Shown in pieces: positions 20,401 through 25,396 of a stretch of 27,544 bases of DNA. The notes beneath the pieces were generated by a model. The model was given only the letters and a program-made list of their open reading frames with translations. It ran no database searches and was not told where the DNA came from. Location of the stretch: positions 1 through 27,544 of IMG/VR virus record IMGVR_UViG_3300025732_000215, one strand, 5' to 3'. The number at the start of each line of letters is the position of its first letter. Position 1 is the stretch's first letter. The stretch comes from a virus. Taxonomy: Duplodnaviria; Caudoviricetes. A program made the position numbers and the translations under genes.

Positions 20401-20454
20401 AAGAATTGTCCCTCTAGTGGATTTCAGAAAATTATCTAGACGACTTAATCCCAT
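14440..20454 (-). CDS. Very large virion structural/tail protein (2004 aa)
   Basis: MGLSRLDNFLK...YVDPN..D.TDSIEN.GNSL.RPFKT.QRAL.E start, recognised as cyanophage-type; repeated H.L..GD.V.I.G...YNG.Y.V beta modules. Confidence 0.85.
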   Translation of the reverse strand: MGLSRLDNFLKSTRGTILYVDPNSLDSTDSIENSGNSLTRPFKTLQRALIESARFSYQRGLNNDRFNKTTILLYPGDHIVDNRPGYIPTASGTYSARSGATGLTDFVQWDLDSNFDLATPDNDLYKLNSIYGGVIVPRGTSIVGMDLRKTKIRPLYVPNPQNNNIERSCIFRVTGGCYFWQFTILDADPNENCYKDYTENLFVPNFSHHKLSGFEYADGVNSVSIEDDFLTYSTTRTDLDMYYEKVAAAYGASSGREISPDYGAGTVDIQPVIDEYRIVGPKGASVGISSIRAGNGATSTSTITVDLIETVEGLSVDSPIQISGVGASGYDGQYVIATVPSSTRITYQVQNPPTNPLPPVPGSSLNLVVDTVTSASPYIFNCSLRSVYGMCGLLADGDKATGFKSMVVAQYTGIGLQKDDNAFVKYDTSSGNYRDSTSIIDLHTNSRARFKPEYENFHIKATNDAFLQLVSVFAIGYAQHFVTENGGDIALNNSNSNFGAKALVSSGFRKDAFSQDDYGYITHIIPPKEIDSEEITLEFESIDVGLTTSKSAGAGTTDRLYLYNQIDQNNPPNVIVDGYSIGAKSNEILNIQSYQSGSVTTYSSRVVMPYGPYDSTQSSSRKSFAVGRSAVGINSINTSDYTLTLTQPHSFINGESIRIVSDNGHLPDGLEQDQIYYAITKESATGIGTNQIRIAKSLNDAINGGVTGSAIQINNKGGTLNIVSRVSDKKSGDIGHPVQWDLSGNWYINVSTSSNGIYNAINSLGTGGIGNATSRSYATRKPDNRSLIDTLYRIRYVLPKTSPVKARPPLDGFILQESNNIVGTGATEISQLYSDSGAITGLGQLRNPKFIASASWSSNAVTIRTELPHGLKTGDQVEIVNVNPTGYNGTYTVTSIPSLKEFKYSLNSNPGLFANDTSTRDGNLPYFGRKKYNKTYQVYKSQEIQSYISGVQDGIYYLTLVNHSNAPTVTPFTQEYFSQPIENLYPQLNKDNSNSDPNASRSYALPSLIGKVTVNDPQNSITKETLESFVVGSGITDIHSSSGTTHTIYTSVDHGLSGITSVSIVTGGSNYGSGTGPTNLYNAQLVGFAGSTTGSNATAVIAIDGSGTITSVKIIDGGSAYGIGNTLRVVGVATTTGFVQGVVRVESISDNIGDAIKVSGITSALNSGYNTLYRITGITTSNQIDVVSSESISNTTPLGLDSTVTINSGYVPTGKVLTVSSFSYTPTSGIATVGFTTSHGFLVDNKIRISGANESAFNGDFIVNRINSLVSLQINVGVSATTSTSATGTLYGYRSYLTSFGGNLLAESENISGRVSYEYAGITTTISSQYLTSYSDLTNNLSIPNAVSLGLQLGDYLLINSEIFRVRTAVTSNSVSVFRSVLGTRRQTHDVGSVVRRIKVTPVELRRNSIIRASGHTFEYLGYGPGNYSTSLPDKQDRLISREEKFLAQATKTDGGIVVYTGMDSEGAFYVGNKKINSTTGQEETYDIPIPTVTGDNDSNNLINISESQKVFVESSIKVEGGQDKNSISEFNGPVIFNSKVTANSELEVESLFLQGQEEISRKISIGSEKPTISGNYGDIEFNSIPVSGSNAGWIYTTNNEWKSFGFIGDVGDYSYGVGISSGGNYVGFSTLINITGTGLTITAINDATSGITTVNFNATPQSQTIGVSSGPFNTFIGLATQFNFVGYGITVTTDYSSITGIATVSIIGTASTGIGTTSSPGLPNKSIQYNNSSVFSGVPIFFYNDTNNSLAIEGSSSNSLLRISQTGAGNALIVEDEISDQTSFVITNNGSVGIGSTIPTSKLEIDAGTQQAVYIKSSSGSGNIIRVDDSVGDTSPLVYTTTGSLGLGTATSINEKLDVIGNIGLNGALRLYNPNRTAYSAIKAPTGPGNLLFTLPNSYGTNGQVLTSNGSGGLSWTTVSTGSGGGTISQLLAGSGINITSPFGPISTITNTGILDVVAGLNVSITKTNGVATISATGTGGVVIGTFNGALYPFTTRGFSIPI

Positions 20455-20484
20455 TTTATTAGTGCTTATAGTTCCGTTATGGAT

Positions 20485-20491
20485 TATTTAT
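20485..20491 (-). promoter_or_regulatory. Late promoter ATAAATA for the 2004-aa gene
   Basis: tatttat on the plus strand, directly after a terminator. Confidence 0.65.
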
Positions 20492-20494
20492 CAT

Positions 20495-20519
20495 ACAACA
20501 AAACCCTCTAAAGAGGGTT
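20495..20519 (-). terminator. Intrinsic terminator separating the tRNA/HNH/Mom island from the late structural genes
   Basis: AACCCUC-UUUA-GAGGGUU then UUGUUGU. Confidence 0.75.
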
Positions 20520-20564
20520 CTGAAGTCACACTTTTTGGGTCACTGTAACGATTTCAGTATCGTC
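20495..20564 (-). ncRNA. Candidate ~70-nt small RNA
   Basis: Bracketed by a consensus sigma70 promoter and a terminator; structured; no ORF of its own. Confidence 0.45.
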
Positions 20565-21187
20565 TTTTTTATTATACCACTTTCCTCTTTCCAAGTCAAG
20601 CGTTTCTTGAGTTCTTTATCAAAGATCATCAAATATCTGTGTTTACGACTTCTTTCTCTCCACTCACCTTCAGCACCCTTCACACTTCCCCTTGAATGCT
20701 TTGTACCATCAGCATAGTAAAAGTCTTTTTTAGGTGCTGTTAGACCGTAGTAAGTAAAATTACAATCTCTGTATATAACTCCAGAGTGGTGATTAGCATC
20801 AACGTAACTAAGAATAGCACGAACGCAGGCATCTTTTCGGAACCTCTTTATACAACGACTGACGAACCAAGAGGTAATGTTATACTCTGTTTTCTGAATA
20901 TCCGGATGAACACACAATCTTGATAGTTCATAAAGTCCTTCTTGCTCATGTCTTTGTAATCCAAATGCCCCAACTGCTATTTCTGGGACGGGGATCTTAG
21001 TAAACACACAACAAGCGAGACACCCACCCACACGGAGAACATCAGTAGAGGAAGAGGAAAATAACCCGTAATTATATCCACTTTTAAAGTCCTTTGATTC
21101 GTCTTTTAGATAGTGAAAATTGTAAAGAAGATTTTTGATTTCTTCTTTACTTACTCTATCTATAAAGTACTGAGTATTTTTACTCAT
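20540..21187 (-). CDS. Mom-like (GNAT-fold) DNA modification protein
   Basis: HYL, YELSRL, SY.D..HH.G.IYR..NF.YYG and K.RY motifs resembling Mu Mom-family proteins. Confidence 0.7.
   Translation of the reverse strand: MSKNTQYFIDRVSKEEIKNLLYNFHYLKDESKDFKSGYNYGLFSSSSTDVLRVGGCLACCVFTKIPVPEIAVGAFGLQRHEQEGLYELSRLCVHPDIQKTEYNITSWFVSRCIKRFRKDACVRAILSYVDANHHSGVIYRDCNFTYYGLTAPKKDFYYADGTKHSRGSVKGAEGEWRERSRKHRYLMIFDKELKKRLTWKEESGIIKKTILKSLQ
20571..20599 (-). promoter_or_regulatory. Sigma70-type promoter TTGACT-17-TATAAT with extended -10 TG
   Basis: -35 at 20599-20594, -10 at 20576-20571, inside the 3' end of the Mom-like gene. Confidence 0.7.
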
Positions 21188-21354
21188 TCTTGTGAGGATT
21201 TCATCATATATTCTACGGTTGTTGCAACATCATTCATTGCTGCACGAAGATCTGGTTGCTGTCCAGATTCTTGTTTAAGAATAGGTCTTGAGTCGTCGGT
21301 AAGGGTCCAACGCCATTGCTGCATTTCTTTGCAGTACCAGAGATTTATCTTCAT
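21184..21354 (-). CDS. Hypothetical protein (56 aa, below ORF track cutoff): MKINLWYCKEMQQWRWTLTDD...VEYMMKSSQE
   Basis: ATG 21354, TGA overlapping the Mom-like ATG (ATGA). Confidence 0.75.
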   Translation of the reverse strand: MKINLWYCKEMQQWRWTLTDDSRPILKQESGQQPDLRAAMNDVATTVEYMMKSSQE

Positions 21355-21387
21355 AATAATTCTATTCTTTTATCATTCTAACTTAAT

Positions 21388-21999
21388 TTAGTAACTCTGT
21401 CCAGCCGCATATCTTTCTCTTCTATAATGTCTTCCTTTACCAACATTTTTTCCTTTGTAAGTGTCAGTTTGTGAATGGCAGTTTGGACAAATAAATCTTA
21501 AATTTTCTGGTCTATTATTTTCAGAATTTCCATCTATGTGATCTATCTCCAAAACAATTGATTTTCCATTCCATTCAGTAATATGACAGCAAGAACATTT
21601 GTATCCGTAAGTTTCTGTTAAATATCTTCTAAAAAAATCTCTTGATTTTGTTGTAGAATCTCCATTTATCCAATCAGATAATCTTTGGTTAAAATGATAT
21701 GTTTTTTGACATTTAAGTGAGCAATATTTTGATGCTCCTTTCTTAACTTCATTATCACAGACTAAACAATTTTTTTCTTTTTTTCTTTTAGTGTTAAAAA
21801 ATTTAGCAGAACAAGAACTACTGCAAAATTTATTTTCGTTTTTTCTTTCGTATAATATTCCTTTATTACAGTTTAAACATAATTTAGGATTTTTATAGTA
21901 TTCTTCTTTAATTTTTTTAAATTTTTCTTTTGTTGTTAAACCACCTCTTTGTCCAGCATCAATAATACGCTGGAAACCTTCCTCTGTCCAGTTAGGCAT
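21388..21999 (-). CDS. HNH endonuclease (putative homing endonuclease) with two N-terminal CxxC...(F/Y)CSxxC zinc modules
   Basis: CSCC...LEIDHIDG...NRPENLRFICPNCHSQT. Confidence 0.9.
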   Translation of the reverse strand: MPNWTEEGFQRIIDAGQRGGLTTKEKFKKIKEEYYKNPKLCLNCNKGILYERKNENKFCSSSCSAKFFNTKRKKEKNCLVCDNEVKKGASKYCSLKCQKTYHFNQRLSDWINGDSTTKSRDFFRRYLTETYGYKCSCCHITEWNGKSIVLEIDHIDGNSENNRPENLRFICPNCHSQTDTYKGKNVGKGRHYRRERYAAGQSY

Positions 22000-22025
22000 A
22001 GTTCTACTCTAGATGTCTGCATTTC

Positions 22026-22033
22026 TATTTATA
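22026..22033 (-). promoter_or_regulatory. T4-type late promoter TATAAATA for the 203-aa HNH
   Basis: Exact match, 26 nt upstream of the ATG. Confidence 0.8.
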
Positions 22034-22035
22034 TT

Positions 22036-22059
22036 GAAAAGGAGGGACTTCCACCCTCC
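22036..22059 (-). terminator. Intrinsic terminator upstream of the HNH late promoter
   Basis: GGAGGG-UGGAAGU-CCCUCC-UUUU. Confidence 0.7.
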
Positions 22060-22087
22060 ACCTGAAGTTTGCAGACATCCAGGTGAT
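22036..22087 (-). ncRNA. Candidate ~50-nt antisense small RNA against the HNH leader
   Basis: CTAAATA at 22096-22090; hairpin CACCUGGA/UUCAGGUG; terminator; 13-nt complementarity to 22009-22021. Confidence 0.5.
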
Positions 22088-22099
22088 ATTATTTAGTTA

Positions 22100-22171
22100 A
22101 GCCGAAGACAGGGATCAAACCTGCGACCTGAAATTTACAAAATTCCTGCTCTATCACTGAGCTACTTCGGC
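22100..22171 (-). tRNA. tRNA-Thr (UGU), CCA not encoded
   Basis: GCCGAAG-TA-GCTC-AGTGATA-GAGC-A-GGAAT-TT[TGT]AA-ATTTC-AGGTC-GCAGG-TTTGATC-CCTGT-CTTCGGC-T cloverleaf. Confidence 0.9.
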
Positions 22172-22172
22172 A

Positions 22173-22442
22173 TTAATCCGCAGGCATCATTTCTGGATTT
22201 TCCAGTTCAACTTCAAATAACATTGGATGACACTCTTCATCAATCAAATAGAATGATGATTTGTATAAATCCTCTGGTTCAAAGCGTCTTTCGTTGTCTG
22301 CTAGTTCTATGAGTTCCAAATCATACATAAGACTATCTGGAACATCATCAAAAGTAAAAGGAATATTTTGGATAAAATACATCAGAACAAGTTGTGTTCC
22401 TCTGTTGTACCAAACATATCTGGCATCTATTCTGTATTTCAT
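22173..22442 (-). CDS. Hypothetical protein (89 aa, acidic)
   Basis: AGGA SD; ATAAATA at 22468-22474 upstream; stop 1 nt before the tRNA. Confidence 0.8.
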   Translation of the reverse strand: MKYRIDARYVWYNRGTQLVLMYFIQNIPFTFDDVPDSLMYDLELIELADNERRFEPEDLYKSSFYLIDEECHPMLFEVELENPEMMPAD

Positions 22443-22466
22443 AGAATAGTTCCTAATACTTTTGTT

Positions 22467-22940
22467 TTATTTATTTCTACCTCTATAGGTAGAAGTTTGT
22501 GCGTGGCAGTTTGGACATAATAAACGGAGATTTTCTAAACGATTATCGTAATTAATTCCGTTTATATGGTCTAATTCAATTGGAGTAGGTTGTCCTCTCC
22601 ATTCTGTTATACCACAACACTCACACCGATGAATTTTGATTCCTTCAGATATAAGTCTCAATTTAAGTTTGTGTGATTGAATAGGAACTCCATTTAAATA
22701 TTCTTCTAATGATCTTTTTGGTCCAAATTTTTTATTTTTGTTCCATACTTTAGGATCAGTAAAATGATCTATAGAAATATTCAGTTCTTTTGCTCTTTTA
22801 TGAAAACATTGATAATTTCCACCTGCTGCTTTTAGATTTAATTTAATCAGTGCTTCCCTAATAGAATTAGAGGTCTTTACTGCGTCAACAAATTCAGCAT
22901 CAGAAGATTTATATCCGTTTCTTAGCATTTTAGAAGACAT
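22467..22940 (-). CDS. HNH endonuclease (putative homing endonuclease) with helical N-terminal domain
   Basis: CECC...IELDHING...NRLENLRLLCPNCHAQT. Confidence 0.9.
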   Translation of the reverse strand: MSSKMLRNGYKSSDAEFVDAVKTSNSIREALIKLNLKAAGGNYQCFHKRAKELNISIDHFTDPKVWNKNKKFGPKRSLEEYLNGVPIQSHKLKLRLISEGIKIHRCECCGITEWRGQPTPIELDHINGINYDNRLENLRLLCPNCHAQTSTYRGRNK

Positions 22941-22971
22941 AACTACATTTATTTATACTTATGTCTTCTAA
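22930..22971 (-). promoter_or_regulatory. Start-codon-sequestering 13-bp hairpin with late promoter TATAAATA (22950-22957) in the loop
   Basis: ttagaagacataa (22930-22942) / ttatgtcttctaa (22959-22971) perfect inverted repeat covering the ATG at 22940. Confidence 0.85.
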
Positions 22972-23045
22972 TAGCGGAGATGGGATTCGAACCCATACTG
23001 TACGAATTTTAAGTTCGGTGCCTCCTTCCCTTGGGCTACTCCGCC
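22972..23045 (-). tRNA. tRNA-Leu (UAA), short variable region, no intron, CCA not encoded
   Basis: GGCGGAG-TA-GCC...GGC-A-CCGAA-CT[TAA]AA-TTCGT-ACAGT-ATGGG-TTCGAAT-CCCAT-CTCCGCT-A. Confidence 0.88.
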
Positions 23046-23053
23046 ATAAAAAC

Positions 23054-23233
23054 TCAAAGAGTATTGAGTTGACTATCAGATTCTACCGCATAAGTCGGAG
23101 GATGTAAAGTGCAGTATTCATTAAACGTAATCTTCATTTCTTTGTTCGTAAGATTGCAGTTTGCTGCTGCTTTTGGAAGGTTCCAGCGAGCTGCAAACAG
23201 CATTTCCATTGATTCTCTTGTTTCTGGACGCAT
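23054..23233 (-). CDS. Hypothetical protein (59 aa from MRPETRESMEMLF)
   Basis: ATG at 23233 avoids overlap with the upstream gene; HTH-like WNLPKAAANCNLT. Confidence 0.7.
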   Translation of the reverse strand: MRPETRESMEMLFAARWNLPKAAANCNLTNKEMKITFNEYCTLHPPTYAVESDSQLNTL

Positions 23234-23291
23234 TTGAAAAAAGTAATAAGGGCAATTTTTACCGGGAAAATTTTTCCCCCCTAAATGGATT

Positions 23292-23474
23292 TTAAAGTGG
23301 ATTTGCGTATGAGAGAGTTTCCTCATCTACCGTTGCACGAATAAATTGTAGCACATTCATAAACTCATCAACCGTATCACAGACCACTTCACGTTCTGAT
23401 CCCTCACTTGAGTAAAGATACACTGTTCGTTTCAGAGGGTCAACCACGCATCGTGCAAGGTACTCATCTTTCAT
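23292..23474 (-). CDS. Hypothetical protein (60 aa)
   Basis: First gene after the sigma70-type promoter; AGGA upstream. Confidence 0.75.
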   Translation of the reverse strand: MKDEYLARCVVDPLKRTVYLYSSEGSEREVVCDTVDEFMNVLQFIRATVDEETLSYANPL

Positions 23475-23500
23475 TCGGGAAGTTTCCTGATTACCTAAGT

Positions 23501-23529
23501 ATCATAGCAGGGATTGGTGCTGGTGTCAA
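23501..23529 (-). promoter_or_regulatory. Sigma70-type (early) promoter TTGACA-17-TATGAT
   Basis: -35 at 23529-23524 (contains the upstream TGA stop), -10 at 23506-23501. Confidence 0.8.
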
Positions 23530-25394
23530 GGGCTTAAGGCGATCGTTCCAGTTCTGACAACTCCATCAGATCCTTTGACTCTTACTGTTAACGTAGTGTT
23601 ATTTGTCAACTCAAAAGAAAATGAAGAATTTGAAGTTGGATTTGTAGTTGCAATTAATCCAACCGTAGCAATTCCTGTAATAATAGTGTTTCCAGATACG
23701 TGAAGTTTTGCAGATGGATTTGTAATGGCAACACCAATATTACCGTTCTCTGCAGTATATACAAAAGTTTCTAATTGTTGATCATAACCATAAACTTTGC
23801 CAGTCATTGCAGTACCAACTACTTCAGTACTACTTCCAGCATAGATGACCTTTGTGCTTGCACTCATATCAAATGAGTCTGTGTTTGAAGGTCCTCCACT
23901 GCAATTATTAATAAAAATATTACCTTCACGATTATAGACAATATATCCTGAGGAAGATGCGGTGGCAATAATTTTACCATCAGGCGAACAGGATATTCCT
24001 ACAGAACCACCAGATAAGGAACCTACAAGAGTAAAAGTAGAACCTGAACGATCATAAACTGAAGATGTTGTACCATTTGAAATGATTAATGTATAAGAAT
24101 CCTCACTTATGCATACTTGAGAACCACCTGTTGATAATGTTCCGATTCCAATGTAACCGCCATACTTCTTATCATTTTTTTCAAAGATATGAGTTTTGCC
24201 TGAAGAAGAATCTCCAACTGCAACAATATTTCCATCTAAACTAACGGAAACAGAACTACCAAATTTAACAGGAGATGTTCCAGTTAAGATTCCTACTTTA
24301 TTGTACTTATTATCATTTCTTTCGTAGACAAATGCGGTTCCTCCTTGATATCCAGACTTAGGACATTTTGCACCTGGAGCACCAATTACTACTACTTTTG
24401 CATCTCCACTAATTGCAACAGAGTATCCGAACAAATCTCCTTCAAGTTCTCCTTGAAGTTTTGCAATCTTCTTTACATTTTTAGATCTGCAGATATTTGT
24501 AGTTCCTACACCACAAACAACTGTATTATCTTTCGTTAAATTTCCAGACTCCAAAACTTCACAGAAAGTTGAAGTTCCGATGCCACAACAAACGGGAAGA
24601 GTTCCGACACCACAAGTATCTACTTCTGTAGGTGGAGTATATTCGTATACCCATACAACACCTACTTTTGCAGTTGTTGCCACTCCAACTTTTGTTGGTT
24701 CTCCAATAACATTAGGCCCACCAACAACAAATGTTTTCCCATCAAGAGCCATTGCAACTGCGTGACCATAATCATCATTGCTTGTACTTGCAATTCCAAC
24801 TCCGTGTGTTGCACCTGTCCCTGGATTTGAATATTCTCCAACAATACAATCTCTCTTTACAAATCCATTTGATACTCTTTCGAAAAGGTATGCACTACCA
24901 TAATACGTTGATATTCCTACGGTAGTTGCCATTCCAACAAAATAACCGTCAATAAAAGAATTTTTATTACCAACAATAATTAAACTTCCATCGCCATTTG
25001 TTGCAAGTGTATTTCCGAAATTGCCATAGGTTCCAAATCCAATATGAGTAGGTTCATTTGGATTGTATACACTGGTAGTAAAGGATCCTACAAGATTATA
25101 TCCAGCAATTCCTCCCAAAGAATCTGCCGAAACACTCTTTTCTGATCCAAAAGAATATGCAGAAATTCCTGTCATATTTTTAGGAACAGCTCTAGATCCA
25201 CTAGAAAGATTTCCAGCAACATTTGCTGAAGAATCAACTCTTAAATTTCCTGCATTAATATCTAAAATTTCTTCTGGATCATCTAATGCAGTATAAAGAA
25301 TTGGTCTCGTAAATCCATTGATACCAGTATCAGGGATCTCTATAAATTCTTCTGGCTCTAAAAAATCATTATCATTTACAAATGTATCAGACAC
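23526..25394 (-). CDS. FG-GAP-like repeat (beta-propeller) tail-associated protein; probable GTG start at 25394
   Basis: FG.SV...DG....VG repeats (NFGNTL, DYGHAV, LFGYSV, KFGSSV); GGAGG 7 nt before the GTG; C-terminal fibre motif GNIGVAITNPSAKLHVSG. Confidence 0.75.
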   Translation of the reverse strand: MSDTFVNDNDFLEPEEFIEIPDTGINGFTRPILYTALDDPEEILDINAGNLRVDSSANVAGNLSSGSRAVPKNMTGISAYSFGSEKSVSADSLGGIAGYNLVGSFTTSVYNPNEPTHIGFGTYGNFGNTLATNGDGSLIIVGNKNSFIDGYFVGMATTVGISTYYGSAYLFERVSNGFVKRDCIVGEYSNPGTGATHGVGIASTSNDDYGHAVAMALDGKTFVVGGPNVIGEPTKVGVATTAKVGVVWVYEYTPPTEVDTCGVGTLPVCCGIGTSTFCEVLESGNLTKDNTVVCGVGTTNICRSKNVKKIAKLQGELEGDLFGYSVAISGDAKVVVIGAPGAKCPKSGYQGGTAFVYERNDNKYNKVGILTGTSPVKFGSSVSVSLDGNIVAVGDSSSGKTHIFEKNDKKYGGYIGIGTLSTGGSQVCISEDSYTLIISNGTTSSVYDRSGSTFTLVGSLSGGSVGISCSPDGKIIATASSSGYIVYNREGNIFINNCSGGPSNTDSFDMSASTKVIYAGSSTEVVGTAMTGKVYGYDQQLETFVYTAENGNIGVAITNPSAKLHVSGNTIITGIATVGLIATTNPTSNSSFSFELTNNTTLTVRVKGSDGVVRTGTIALSP

Positions 25395-25396
25395 AA

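Noticed and set aside
20532-20542. TGACCCAAAA shared between the candidate sRNA loop and the start of the 1-1665 gene (1651-1660)
   Set aside because: Only 10 nt, same sense rather than antisense, plausibly chance.
21113-21391. Plus-strand 92-aa ORF and other short antisense ORFs across structural genes (e.g. 2711, 7182, 12241, 25063, 26942)
   Set aside because: Antisense to well-supported genes, with no promoter, SD or recognisable motif.
21385-22097. ACTAAAT at both ends of the 203-aa HNH cassette as a target-site duplication
   Set aside because: A 7-nt AT-rich word matching the late promoter core; homing does not create duplications.
23234-23326. 90-aa version of the ORF ending at 23054
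   Set aside because: The extension overlaps the upstream gene and crosses the intergenic dyad; ATG 23233 is more plausible.
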